Source: Blastocatellia bacterium
GTDB taxonomy: Bacteria; Acidobacteriota; Blastocatellia; UBA7656
DNA: 64,000 nucleotides
Direction: 5' to 3'
NCBI GenBank assembly: GCA_035649735.1
Contig: DASRIZ010000305.1
Location: forward strand, 14,998 to 78,997
Shown here: positions 46,680 through 56,498 of the stretch, piece by piece
How the letters are laid out: each line of letters begins with the position of its first letter
Numbering within the stretch: the stretch's first letter is position 1
Made by a program: the position numbers and the translations under genes
Notes under the pieces: generated by a model
What the model saw: only the letters and a program-made list of their open reading frames with translations
Database searches by the model: none
What the model was told of the DNA's origin: nothing

Positions 46680-47576
46680 TTGGCAACGATGATTCAAGAG
46701 AGGCTGGATTTACTACGCGAAGCTCTGCCGTACATCCAGCGGTTTAAGAACAAGACCTTCGTGGTCAAACTCTCCGGCAAAGTCACCGAAGACCAGGAGC
46801 AGCTCAATTCGCTGGCGGAGGAAATAACCCTGCTTCAGCAGGTAGGAATTCACGTTGCAGTAATCCACGGCGGCGGCAAACAACTCACCACGATCGCCGA
46901 ACGCCTGGGTATCGCCCAACGAATCGTAAACGGCCGGCGGGTAACTGATACCGAAACGCTCGAGGTCGCCAAGATGGTCTTCGCCGGGCAGATAAACATG
47001 GACATACTCTCGGCCCTTAGACGGTGCGGTTGCGAGACGGTTGGTCTGTCGGGCGTTGACGGAAACATTATTCAAGCTCGTCGGCGCGAGATTCAAAAAG
47101 TGCTGAACCTGGAAACCGGCGAGGTAGAAACAATCGATTTTGGGCACGTCGGCGACATCGTCGAGATCGATGCTCGCTTGTTGAGCCTGCTGCTCGAAAA
47201 CGGATATGTGCCCGTAATCTCGTCCCTCGGCGCGGACGAGCAAGGCAACATCTATAACATTAACGCTGACACGATTGCGGCAGAGATCGCGGTTCACCTT
47301 CAGGCAGAGAAGCTCGTGTTGTTGACCGACGTGGACGGTATTCTGCGCGACCGCAACGATTCAGGATCGAGAATGTCGCGGCTCACAGTGGAGGAGGCGG
47401 ATCGACTCGTAAAAGATCGGGTAGTCTCGTCAGGAATGCTCCCAAAAATCGCGGCGATTGCGTCGCTGATTCGCCGCGGAGTCCGTAGTGCACACATCAT
47501 AAACGGCTCCAAGCGGAATGCGCTGCTACACGAAGTGTTTACCGACGAAGGCGCGGGCACGATGATAACCAGCTGA
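46680..47576 (+). CDS. argB: Acetylglutamate kinase
   Basis: Amino-acid kinase fold: VVKLSG, IHGGG, NINAD. TTG start 8 nt after AGGAG. At 298 aa it has no fused GNAT domain. Confidence 0.92.
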   Translation: MATMIQERLDLLREALPYIQRFKNKTFVVKLSGKVTEDQEQLNSLAEEITLLQQVGIHVAVIHGGGKQLTTIAERLGIAQRIVNGRRVTDTETLEVAKMVFAGQINMDILSALRRCGCETVGLSGVDGNIIQARRREIQKVLNLETGEVETIDFGHVGDIVEIDARLLSLLLENGYVPVISSLGADEQGNIYNINADTIAAEIAVHLQAEKLVLLTDVDGILRDRNDSGSRMSRLTVEEADRLVKDRVVSSGMLPKIAAIASLIRRGVRSAHIINGSKRNALLHEVFTDEGAGTMITS

Positions 47577-47592
47577 CCTCAGGAGGGACGAG

Positions 47593-48054
47593 ATGAGACA
47601 AACCGTTCGCTTCAACATCATTCTTCTAACCGTGATAGCCAGCCTCTCAATAGCATCCGAGGGTACGGCGCAGACACCAAGACCCCGGGTCGATGAGGAA
47701 CCTTTTGTCGCGGACTATTACTACAAAGCAAAATGGGGTTACGCGGACGAGTTTATTGCCCTATTCAAGAAAAACCACTTCCCGGTGTTGAAGAAACAGA
47801 TGGAGACCGGACGGATACTCAGCGTCACCGCCGCGAAGCCGAGATACCACGCGACCGAAGATGGGCGCTGGGATTATCGAGTGACCATCGTTTTTAAGAA
47901 CGCCACGGTCGCCAATGATCCGACCGGAGAAGAGGCGATCATCAAACGGTTATTTCCAGATCAAGACACTTTCAAACGTGAGGAGCAACGACGATTCGAG
48001 ATACTGCTCGCCCACTGGGACGTGCCGGTCGTTAACGTAGACTTAGCGAGGTAA
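47593..48054 (+). CDS. Hypothetical secreted protein (possibly alpha+beta barrel-like)
   Basis: Starts 17 nt after argB with a GGAGG RBS. Signal peptide MRQTVRFNIILLTVIASLSIASEGTA. No family recognised. Confidence 0.65.
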   Translation: MRQTVRFNIILLTVIASLSIASEGTAQTPRPRVDEEPFVADYYYKAKWGYADEFIALFKKNHFPVLKKQMETGRILSVTAAKPRYHATEDGRWDYRVTIVFKNATVANDPTGEEAIIKRLFPDQDTFKREEQRRFEILLAHWDVPVVNVDLAR

Positions 48055-48057
48055 GGT

Positions 48058-49191
48058 CTAGGGTGACTTCTGCTTAATCCTGAAGGTCAAGCCGGCCACG
48101 GTTATTGTTGTGCTGCGCCCTCCCGGGCCGGGGTTTGGACCGACTGTGTACTCTGTCGTTCCATCTCCTATACCGGAATTGCCTGACTTTACACTGACCC
48201 ACCCGGCATTGCTTACCGCCTGCCAGGCGCAGCGGCTCTCGCAGATCACATTGATCGCTCCACTCCCCCCGGCCGACGGATAGGCTACGGAGATTGGGGA
48301 TAGGGCGTAGTTGCAATCCTCTCCGAGCCCTCCATCCTGGAACACCGTAAAGGTAAGCCCTCCAATGGTTAGTGTCCCCGAGCGAGCGCTCGCCGTGAAG
48401 TTCTCTCTCACCTCAAAGGTCACGGTATCACTCCCTGTTGCATCCGGGTTGGACGTGAGTGTAATCCACTCCTCATTGCTCGCCGCAGTCCACGCGCACG
48501 ACGCGTCGGTCGTAAGGTTCACGCTTCCGGATCCTCCCGACACAAGAAAGAAGCCGCTACTGGAGGACAGCGAATAACTGCAGCTCAACGGATTAATTGT
48601 CGCCTCCGCGAGATAAATCTGATCGCCGCTCGGTGAAAAGTTACCGTCTGCCTGGTTTCCCGCCGCGTAGAGTCTGACAGGACCCATATCCGTGGCCGGC
48701 GCCACCCAGTTAAACGTCCAGCTCGCTCCTCCAAGCTGGCCTTCGAACGCTCCGGAATGCGTATGTTCAATGTACTGGCGATTTTCTCCGGGCCCGCCGG
48801 TAATGACCTGGGTAAGTGCGCTCTTTGGGAGACTCTGAAGATCGCCTACCGGCAATGATCCGGAGACAGTCAGCGCCGTCAGCTCGAAGCCCCATTGCAT
48901 GCGAGGGGTTACATCGTCGGAATTCACGTGCGTGACAGTTATTTGATAGGCGTTGCCGGGCACGTAATTGATCGGGGCGGTGATAGTAAACTCGCCGCGT
49001 TTCCCTGACGGTGTTATATGACATTGCGTGCAGTTGTTTTCACCTGGAGCGCCCGTTACACCCGCGATGGGACCGCCGGCAGAAGCGTGTGCTGTGCGAG
49101 TTATGCCTTCGCCCGAAAGGAAAACTGCCGACATACTTATTATAAAAAAGACCAGAGCCACATACTTCGCTCGATTGTCGAGTGACATCAC
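48058..49191 (-). CDS. Secreted protein with an N-terminal CxxCH-containing domain and two Ig/BACON-like repeats
   Basis: Signal anchor. GAPGENNCTQCH encoded at 49018-49032. Two internally similar C..W.A.S...W(I/V) beta-repeat modules follow. Confidence 0.7.
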   Translation of the reverse strand: MMSLDNRAKYVALVFFIISMSAVFLSGEGITRTAHASAGGPIAGVTGAPGENNCTQCHITPSGKRGEFTITAPINYVPGNAYQITVTHVNSDDVTPRMQWGFELTALTVSGSLPVGDLQSLPKSALTQVITGGPGENRQYIEHTHSGAFEGQLGGASWTFNWVAPATDMGPVRLYAAGNQADGNFSPSGDQIYLAEATINPLSCSYSLSSSSGFFLVSGGSGSVNLTTDASCAWTAASNEEWITLTSNPDATGSDTVTFEVRENFTASARSGTLTIGGLTFTVFQDGGLGEDCNYALSPISVAYPSAGGSGAINVICESRCAWQAVSNAGWVSVKSGNSGIGDGTTEYTVGPNPGPGGRSTTITVAGLTFRIKQKSP

Positions 49192-49301
49192 GACCTCCGC
49201 CCACAGAACACTTGTAATTTGATTTTATGATTACGCAATGGGTGGGAACATTGCTGCCGGGCGTTGATTATCTTTTAATGAATTGTAATTCGCAATAGTA
49301 C

Positions 49302-49766
49302 TTATTTAGCTGGATCTGATGGGTGCGCGTCGTCGATCCATCTCACCTGTTCGGGGGGCTCGCTTGAAGCGATTTCGAGATTCACGACGATTGGCTCCTG
49401 GCCGCTTCGCACGACGACACATTGCAGGGGGTCGTCGACGCTTGCGTTGATCTCCTGGTGAGGAACAAACGGAGGTACGTAAATGAAGTCTCCCGGGCCT
49501 GCTTCGGCGGTGAACTCGAGGTGATCTCCCCAGCGCATGCGCGCACGGCCGTTGACGACGTAGATTACACTTTCGAGCTCGCCATGATGATGGGCCCCGG
49601 TCTTGGCGTCGGGATGGATGGTAACCGTCCCGGCCCAGAGCTTTGAGGCGCCGGCGCGCGCGTAATTAATGGCCGCGGCGCGATTCATTCCGGGCGTTTG
49701 TGGAGTGTTGGTGTCGAGCTCGCCCGCGCGAACTATGCGAACTCCCTTGTTTCTCCAGTCCGTCAT
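49302..49766 (-). CDS. Cupin domain protein
   Basis: Cupin motifs G(x)5HxH...E (GAHHHGELES) and GDFIYVPPFVPHQ. Its start overlaps the argH stop as ATGA. Confidence 0.75.
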   Translation of the reverse strand: MTDWRNKGVRIVRAGELDTNTPQTPGMNRAAAINYARAGASKLWAGTVTIHPDAKTGAHHHGELESVIYVVNGRARMRWGDHLEFTAEAGPGDFIYVPPFVPHQEINASVDDPLQCVVVRSGQEPIVVNLEIASSEPPEQVRWIDDAHPSDPAK

Positions 49767-51142
49767 TGGTGATCTACTTCCCTTCTTGCCTTAGCCAATG
49801 CCTCATTCACTCGCCCGGTTGACGTCCCGCCTAACGCCGATTTGCCTTCGAGCGACGACTCCAATCTTAGCGATTCATAAAGATCATCACCAAACACATC
49901 CGAAAGCTCTCTATATTCTTCGAGCGGTATTTCTTCGAGCGGTTTGCCGCGCTCGATTGCCTGCATCACAACTCGACCGACTAGCTCGTGTGCTTTTCGA
50001 AACTCGAGACCCTTTCGCACAAGATAATCCGCCAAATCAGTCGCGTTAAGATAGCCGGCCTTCGTTGCCTCCAGTGTTTGTGCGCTGTCCACTTTCAAAT
50101 TTCTCAGAACGGTTGTCATCACGCCAACTGAGCCAGTGAGCGTATCGATCGTATCGAACAGCGCTTCTTTGTCTTCCTGCATGTCCTTGTTGTAGGCGAG
50201 CGGCAAGCCCTTCATCGTCGCAAGCATAGCCACGTGATGACCAAACACCCGCGCGGCCTTGCCGCGAATCAGCTCGAGCGAATCGGGGTTTTTCTTTTGG
50301 GGCATCAACGACGATCCCGTCGAGACTGAATCAGAAAGTTCAACGAATCCGAACTCGGCGGTCGAGTAGACGATCAAGTCTTCGGCCAGCCTGCTAAGGT
50401 GCATCATGGCGATCGCTGCGGCGCCTATGAACTCGATCACAAAGTCCCGGTCGCTTACGGCATCGACGCTGTTCTCGCATACGCCGTCAAACCCCAGACG
50501 CCGAGCTACCAGTTCGCGATCGATCGCGAAACCGGTGCCCGCCAGCGCTCCGGCCCCGAGCGGCAACTGATTTACGCGCGATCGAACATCCACCAGGCGC
50601 GCGCGGTCTCGTTTTAGCATTTCGTAGTATGCCAGCAGGTAGTGTGCAAACAGTATCGACTGGGCTCGCTGGAGATGAGTATATCCCGGGAGTACACAAT
50701 CTCGATTGGCTTCCGCCAATTCGATCAGCGCTTTTTGCAGGCCGGCGATCTGCTCTCGCGTCGCATCAATTTCACCGCGGAGAAACAGCCTCAGGTCGGT
50801 AGCGACTTGATCGTTGCGGCTGCGTCCGGTGTGCAGCTTATAACCCGTATCGCCGATGGCCGTCACAAGCTCGGCTTCTACAAAACTGTGGACGTCTTCG
50901 GCGCTGGCGGTCTCAAGATAGCACTTGTCTTCCTTTGCCCGGCGAAGTATTTCACTGAGACCCCAGGCAATCCTGCGCGCCTCGCCTTCGTTCAAGATCC
51001 CGGCGGCCACGAGGGCTTCTGCGTGCGCGCGGCTGCCTTCGACGTCCGCCTCAATCAAGCGGCGATCGAAGCTGAAGGATGAATTGAACCGCGCAAACGC
51101 GGCATCAGCTTCGCCTTTGAATCTGCCACCCCAGAGTTTCAT
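49763..51142 (-). CDS. argH: Argininosuccinate lyase
   Basis: ORF trimmed to the ATG at 51142 (MKLWGGRF). Fumarate-lyase signature GSSLMPQKKNPD. No fused acetyltransferase domain. Confidence 0.93.
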   Translation of the reverse strand: MKLWGGRFKGEADAAFARFNSSFSFDRRLIEADVEGSRAHAEALVAAGILNEGEARRIAWGLSEILRRAKEDKCYLETASAEDVHSFVEAELVTAIGDTGYKLHTGRSRNDQVATDLRLFLRGEIDATREQIAGLQKALIELAEANRDCVLPGYTHLQRAQSILFAHYLLAYYEMLKRDRARLVDVRSRVNQLPLGAGALAGTGFAIDRELVARRLGFDGVCENSVDAVSDRDFVIEFIGAAAIAMMHLSRLAEDLIVYSTAEFGFVELSDSVSTGSSLMPQKKNPDSLELIRGKAARVFGHHVAMLATMKGLPLAYNKDMQEDKEALFDTIDTLTGSVGVMTTVLRNLKVDSAQTLEATKAGYLNATDLADYLVRKGLEFRKAHELVGRVVMQAIERGKPLEEIPLEEYRELSDVFGDDLYESLRLESSLEGKSALGGTSTGRVNEALAKARREVDHQ

Positions 51143-51246
51143 CCGTTGCAGAATACTATAGGGACCGAGGGAATGAAACACGGATAGATCAGTGGTTGAA
51201 TCATCGTCATCCGTGCTCTATTCTCTCTTAGCGAGATCGACTAACC

Positions 51247-53307
51247 ATGCAAGAGCTCAAGATCATCCATGCAGCCTGTCCCCACGATTGCCCGGATACC
51301 TGTGCGATGCTGGTCGAAGTAGAAGACGGCCGCGCAATAAAAGTCTCCGGTGATCCCGACCATCCGCCAACCCAGGGGTTCCTTTGCACCAAGGTGACAC
51401 GTTACCTCGAACGCGTCTACAACCCCGATCGTCTGCTCTATCCCATGCGTCGAATCGGCGCAAAAGGCGAAGGCCGGTTTGAGCGAATAGGTTGGGACGA
51501 AGCTCTGGAGACGATTGCAAACCGCTTTCGTGAGATTGCCGATTCCACTGACGGTCCCGAGTCGATACTTCCGTATAGTTACGGCGGGACGATGGGAATA
51601 GTCAACGGAGGCAGCATGGACCGGCGCTTTTTCCACCGGCTCGGCGCGAGTAAACTCGCCCGCACGATCTGTTCATCTGCCGGCGGTGACGCGATGAACT
51701 ACACGGTCGGCGCGAAAATCGGCACCGACATCGAGAACTTTCATCGCGCACGGTTGATCGTGTTGTGGGGTACAAACACTCTCTCCTCAAACATCCACCT
51801 CTGGCCCCAAATCAAAGAAGCGCTCGCAAACGGCGCGAAGTTGATCGGAATCGACCCTTATCGCAATCACACCATCGATCAATGCGATCAGTTCATACAA
51901 GTGCGACCCGGGACAGATGCGGCGCTGGCTCTGTCCATGATGAATGTAATCATCAGCGAAGGGTTAGTGGACGCCGATTACATCGAACGTTATACGCTCG
52001 GCTTCGACAAACTTCGCGAGCGGGCCGCTGAGTTTTCACCTGCGCGGGCTGCCGAAATATGCGGTGTGAGCGAAGACGAGATCGTAAACCTGGCGCGTGA
52101 GTACGCGACTACTCGGCCTGCGGTGATCAGGGCGAATTACGGGCTGCAGCGTCACGCCGGTGGTGGGATGGCGGTGCGGGCGATCGCGTGTCTGCCGGCT
52201 CTGATCGGTTCGTGGCGCGATGCCGGAGGCGGCGTGTTGCTTTCCAGCAGCGGTATGTTTGCGTTCGATGAAAGGGTGCTCCACCGGCCCGATCTGATGC
52301 GTGGGAATCCGCGAACGATCAACATGACACGGCTTGGCGAGGCTCTCACGCAAGCACGTCCTCCGGTCCGCGCGATCTACGTCTACAATTCAAACCCTGC
52401 GGCAATCGCCCCGGATCAGTCGAAAGTCCTGGAAGGGTTCCGTCGTGAAGATTTGTTCACCGTTGTGCACGAGCAGTTCCAGACGGACACGGCTGACTAC
52501 GCTGACATCCTGTTGCCCGCAACGACTCAACTCGAGCACCGCGACCTGGTGAAGCCTTACGGTCACTACTATCTGGTTTACAACGAGCCGGCTGTTGCGC
52601 CGCTCGGAGAAGCAAAGCCTAATTGGGAAGTGTTCAAGTTGCTGGCCGATCGAATGGGATATGAGGATGCCTGCTTCGACGACACCGATGAGGACATTAT
52701 TCGTCAGGCACTGGCTACGGATTATGAACCGCTAAAAGGAATAACGCTCGAGCGTTTGAAGCAAGATGGTTGGGCGCGGATGAATCTTCCTCAGACGTTT
52801 ACTCCATTTTCTGACGGTGGTTTTATGACGCCTTCCGGGAAGTGCGAGTTTTTCTCTGATACGTTGGAGCGTGAGGGGCTCGATCCGCTTCCGGCTTACA
52901 TCCCGCCTCGAGAGTCCCCGGCAACAGCACCGGAACTCGCGTCCAGATATCCGCTTCAGTTGATCTGCCCGCCGGCAAATTCTTTCCTCAACACGACGTT
53001 TTCCAACCTGCCTTCTTTCCTGAAGAGCGAACGCCAACCGTTCATCGAGCTTCACGCCGACGATGCCGCTCCGCGTGATATCAAGGACGGCGACCCGGTG
53101 CGGGTGTGGAACGATCGAGGTGAATGCCAACTAGTTGCGCGAATATCGGATCGCGTGAAGCCGGGCGTCGCGGTCGCGCTTTCGATATGGTGGAACAAGC
53201 TGAGTCCGGGAAGAACTAATGTGAATCAGACGGTTTCTCAGGAGCTGACCGACATCGGCGCGGGCGCAACTTTTTTTGACAATCTGGTGGAGGTGGCGAA
53301 GAGCTGA
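51247..53307 (+). CDS. Molybdopterin (bis-MGD) oxidoreductase, DMSO-reductase superfamily, cytoplasmic type
   Basis: N-terminal Fe-S motif CPHDCPDTC...C and no Tat signal, followed by molybdopterin-binding and C-terminal dinucleotide-binding beta-barrel regions. The substrate cannot be called. Confidence 0.85.
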   Translation: MQELKIIHAACPHDCPDTCAMLVEVEDGRAIKVSGDPDHPPTQGFLCTKVTRYLERVYNPDRLLYPMRRIGAKGEGRFERIGWDEALETIANRFREIADSTDGPESILPYSYGGTMGIVNGGSMDRRFFHRLGASKLARTICSSAGGDAMNYTVGAKIGTDIENFHRARLIVLWGTNTLSSNIHLWPQIKEALANGAKLIGIDPYRNHTIDQCDQFIQVRPGTDAALALSMMNVIISEGLVDADYIERYTLGFDKLRERAAEFSPARAAEICGVSEDEIVNLAREYATTRPAVIRANYGLQRHAGGGMAVRAIACLPALIGSWRDAGGGVLLSSSGMFAFDERVLHRPDLMRGNPRTINMTRLGEALTQARPPVRAIYVYNSNPAAIAPDQSKVLEGFRREDLFTVVHEQFQTDTADYADILLPATTQLEHRDLVKPYGHYYLVYNEPAVAPLGEAKPNWEVFKLLADRMGYEDACFDDTDEDIIRQALATDYEPLKGITLERLKQDGWARMNLPQTFTPFSDGGFMTPSGKCEFFSDTLEREGLDPLPAYIPPRESPATAPELASRYPLQLICPPANSFLNTTFSNLPSFLKSERQPFIELHADDAAPRDIKDGDPVRVWNDRGECQLVARISDRVKPGVAVALSIWWNKLSPGRTNVNQTVSQELTDIGAGATFFDNLVEVAKS

Positions 53308-53438
53308 TCTTTCACCAACTACAAGAAACTTCATCGCCAGCTGCCGTCAGTCCCCGATCAATCTGCGTGAATCCGTCAGATCTGCGTCATCCGTGGTCTA
53401 TGATTATTGAGCGCGGTCACTGCCACCCTAAGAGTTGC

Positions 53439-54362
53439 TCAGGGTTTAGCTAACAACACGCGGTCGCGGATAACTTCAACCGAACAATGTGCGTGCATGG
53501 CTACAGCTTCCGAAACGCTTCCCAAAAAGTAACGCGTCAGGCCGCGACGTCCGTGTGAGCCGACTACTACAAGGTGTGCGCCCCACTTTTTTGAGTCTTC
53601 CACGATTTGTCTCTTTGGGCTTCCCTCAAGCACAGCGGTCTCAATCTTGAGTCCGGTACTGGCGACAATCGCCCGCGCGGCGCTGACTGCTTCCTCGCTC
53701 CTCTTTGTATCGTCTTCACGAACGCGCTTTGCGATTGCCGCCGCCGCGTACCATGGATCCGCCGCCGGGGCTATGGGCTCGGCGACGCTGACAATTCTGA
53801 TCTCGGACTCATCTGGCCAGGGACGCGCGGCGACGGAACGCGCGGCTGCAGCGGAATACTCAGAACCATCAGTGGCCAGCAGGACCCTAATGCGGCCCGA
53901 CTCCTCGCCGTCTTTGTGGTGATCCGGATGATCCTCGTCGTGTTTCGGATGACGAACGATCTCCACCGAACAAGGGGCGTTTTGAACAACTGCCTTGGCG
54001 ATGCTGCCAAGGAGGAACCTTACAACGCCGCTGTGTCCGTGGGAACCGACGAAGACAAAGTCAGCACCCCATTTTTCTGCTTGTTCAACGATGGTGGTCC
54101 CGGGATACCCCTCAACCGTCAGCGTCGTAGTTTGAAGGTTACGTCGAGCAAGACGCTCAGCAACCGATTCTACGAGCGCTTTGGCAGCCTCATTTTCGCT
54201 CTTGATAAAGGGCTCCAGGTATCCAACCGCCGCAGTAAACGCCAGCAAGTCGATTACCGTGAGCACACACACAACGGTTTCCGGCGGCCAGGGCCGGCGT
54301 TCGACTTCGCTGGCGACCGCCTCGGAAAGCTCCGACGAATCAATGGCCAGAAGTACTTTCAC
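53439..54362 (-). CDS. Universal stress protein, tandem Usp domains
   Basis: ORF trimmed to the GTG at 54362 (GGAG 9 nt upstream). Two copies of the VGSHG(x)G...LGS(V/I) ATP-binding motif. Confidence 0.85.
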   Translation of the reverse strand: MKVLLAIDSSELSEAVASEVERRPWPPETVVCVLTVIDLLAFTAAVGYLEPFIKSENEAAKALVESVAERLARRNLQTTTLTVEGYPGTTIVEQAEKWGADFVFVGSHGHSGVVRFLLGSIAKAVVQNAPCSVEIVRHPKHDEDHPDHHKDGEESGRIRVLLATDGSEYSAAAARSVAARPWPDESEIRIVSVAEPIAPAADPWYAAAAIAKRVREDDTKRSEEAVSAARAIVASTGLKIETAVLEGSPKRQIVEDSKKWGAHLVVVGSHGRRGLTRYFLGSVSEAVAMHAHCSVEVIRDRVLLAKP

Positions 54363-54513
54363 GGTTACGTTCTCCTTTGGCCGGTTACGCCTGAGCGCCA
54401 ACCACCGAGTACGGGCACTCCTGCGCGTGCGCGCCAACCTACCAGCGACTACAAAGATCAACCGCTACGTGATGACACCAACAAACAGTTTCACGAGGTT
54501 ATTATCAAATACC

Positions 54514-54789
54514 TCATCGTCGAAGTTTGGGAATCAGCAGCCAGCCGATGAGAGCACCCAGAGCAAGAGAGCATAGCACCGATCGAAACGGATGACGCTT
54601 AATCTCATGAGCCGTTTCCTCCAGATAGTCCTCAGCGGTATTGTACCCGCGTTTTGCGGCGCGCCTTGCGTTCACAAGTGAGTCGTCGACCGCTTCGGAC
54701 ACTACGCCTCTGAACCGCGAGGCTTCGCGGCCCAGGTTTGAAAACTGTTCTTCCACAAAATGAGCTCCCTTCGCCACGTTCTCTTTCAT
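54514..54789 (-). CDS. DUF883 / ElaB-YqjD-like membrane-anchored protein
   Basis: ORF trimmed to the ATG at 54789 (AGGAGG RBS). Helical region plus a C-terminal TM segment (SVLCSLALGALIGWLL). Confidence 0.65.
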   Translation of the reverse strand: MKENVAKGAHFVEEQFSNLGREASRFRGVVSEAVDDSLVNARRAAKRGYNTAEDYLEETAHEIKRHPFRSVLCSLALGALIGWLLIPKLRR

Positions 54790-55257
54790 TTTTGTTCCTC
54801 CTGGCAGCCTAAAGGTCTCACCGCTCAGTCCACACATTTCAAAGCACGAGCCTCTTTACTGGGAGAGATGCTCGCACAATGGGTACGCAAATAATTCTAC
54901 GGCTTTCAGCGTGAGCTTGCCATTCGCTGCTGGCGCACCCTTAAAGTCTGGCCGGTTTATCACACGTTGAAGCCCGTTCGTCACAATCTTATTCCGCCAC
55001 CAGCCACTTGACTTAGAATGGTCCGTCTACGTCTGACGCTGGAACTTTGCGGTTTGCAACGTAAACGTGAAGCAATTTCAAGGCTCATTTCGCGTAATAC
55101 GTAGCGGTTGCAAATACACCAAGGGTTGAAGTAAGCCGACGGGGCCGCACTCGTCGTTCGCACACGATCTAATCTCAAGGGGAAACAATTAGCTCTGCGG
55201 TTTGGGTGCTGCCGGCCAAGGCGAGCACCGTTAGCACCGCTTGGAGTGGTGGAAAAA

Positions 55258-56454
55258 ATGGAGCCGACTCCGATGGATTGTGCTATTGTGTTTGCACATA
55301 AAGAGCTGACCTCGGGAAACAGAGAAGCTACCGTCGAAATGGGTATTGGCAGGTTATTGCAACGGAGTTGGGTTCGCGCGGCGTTGATCATCGGGGCGTG
55401 GACCGTCCTGGCTGCATTCCTTACAAGCCAGATGTATCTCGCTTACAGCCGGCGCGAAATACCTATTCGATGGGAGAGGATCTTCCTCGTTGAGCTAATT
55501 TACGCTTACATTTGGGCCGCGCTCACCCCGTTGATCTTGTGGCTGGCGCGCCGTTTTCCGATCGAGCGCTGGAAGTGGATTCGCAGCATGCTGGTACACC
55601 TCGGCGTGTCCCTATTTATCGGGTTTTCAACACGCGTCCTGCACGATTTGATGCTTTTTTATGTGGTCTCCGACGCCGAGTGGAAGTTCTCGCTAACCAA
55701 ACTATTGATGAACGTCTACTTCATGACGGATTACGGGGTGATGCTTTACTGGCTGATACTGCTGATCAGCTATTCATTCAACTATCAACGCCGCTATCGA
55801 GAAGGAGAGGTGCGCGCGACCCGTCTCGAAGCACAGCTGGCGCAGGCGCAGTTGCAGGCGCTCAAAATGCAGCTTCATCCTCATTTCCTGTTCAACACTC
55901 TCCATTCGATCTCGGCGTTGGTGCATAAGAATGCTGATGCAGCCGACAAAATGATCGCCCGTTTGGGAGACTTTCTGCGGTTAACCCTTGAAAACTCGGG
56001 CGCTCAGGAAGTATCGCTTCAAGAGGAGCTCGAGTTTCTGAAGTGCTATCTGGAGATCGAGCGTATCCGATTTCAGGATCGTTTGACCGTGCAAATGGAC
56101 ATCGAGCCGCAGGCGTTAGACGCACGGCTGCCGAACCTGATTCTGCAGCCAATCGTTGAGAACGCGATTCGTCACGGTATTTCTACGCGAACAAGCGCCG
56201 GCCGGATCGAGATAGAAGCGCGGCGGTTAAACGGCACTCTTCAAGTTCAAGTAACCGACAACGGGCCGGGACTTTCCTCTGATTCAAACACCGGCAGCAT
56301 CGTAAAAGCGGGTGTTGGACTCGCAAATACCCAGGCCCGTCTCAAGCAGCTCTACGGCGCCGAGCACCGATTGGACCTGTCGAATGCCGCCACCGGCGGA
56401 CTCAGCGTTATCCTCGAAATACCGTTCCGCGAGCACATATCCACTCAAAACTGA
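55258..56454 (+). CDS. Sensor histidine kinase, LytS/YehU family
   Basis: Multi-TM N-terminal half, the QLHPHFLFNTLHSI H-box typical of PF06580-type kinases, and an HATPase region (NAIRHG, DNGPG, GVGLAN). Start uncertain: GTG at 55246, ATG at 55258, ATG at 55339. Confidence 0.85.
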   Translation: MEPTPMDCAIVFAHKELTSGNREATVEMGIGRLLQRSWVRAALIIGAWTVLAAFLTSQMYLAYSRREIPIRWERIFLVELIYAYIWAALTPLILWLARRFPIERWKWIRSMLVHLGVSLFIGFSTRVLHDLMLFYVVSDAEWKFSLTKLLMNVYFMTDYGVMLYWLILLISYSFNYQRRYREGEVRATRLEAQLAQAQLQALKMQLHPHFLFNTLHSISALVHKNADAADKMIARLGDFLRLTLENSGAQEVSLQEELEFLKCYLEIERIRFQDRLTVQMDIEPQALDARLPNLILQPIVENAIRHGISTRTSAGRIEIEARRLNGTLQVQVTDNGPGLSSDSNTGSIVKAGVGLANTQARLKQLYGAEHRLDLSNAATGGLSVILEIPFREHISTQN

Positions 56455-56498
56455 ACTTCCGGCAAGGGGCCTGCGTTAAAGCCGGTAAGGAGAAGTCG

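Noticed and set aside
53355-53400. Short repeat AATCTGCGTGAATCCGTCAGATCTGCGTCATCCGTGG downstream of the molybdopterin oxidoreductase, as a possible further member of the short-period repeat class. A related TCATCCGTG occurs at about 51198.
   Set aside because: There are only two units with a 21-nt offset and no inverted partner. This is too little to call a repeat element.
53607-54551. Large antisense or shadow ORFs inside well-supported genes. Examples: 53607..54551, 46713..47297, 10779..11441, 2865..3338, 31495..32076, 14959..15591, 62679..63170, 20417..21076, 44302..44835.
   Set aside because: Each lies opposite to, or out of frame with, a gene that has clear family motifs. Their translations are Arg/Ser/Pro-rich, as expected for high-GC shadow frames, and none has a recognisable motif or RBS.
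55048-55210. Direct repeats GCGGTTTGCAAC (55049), GCGGTTGCAAAT (55104) and GCGGTTTGGGTG (55197) upstream of the LytS-type kinase, considered as possible LytTR binding sites.
   Set aside because: The spacing (55 and 93 nt) does not fit the roughly 21-22-bp phasing of known LytTR operators, and the matches are short. This could be chance in a 400-bp intergenic region.
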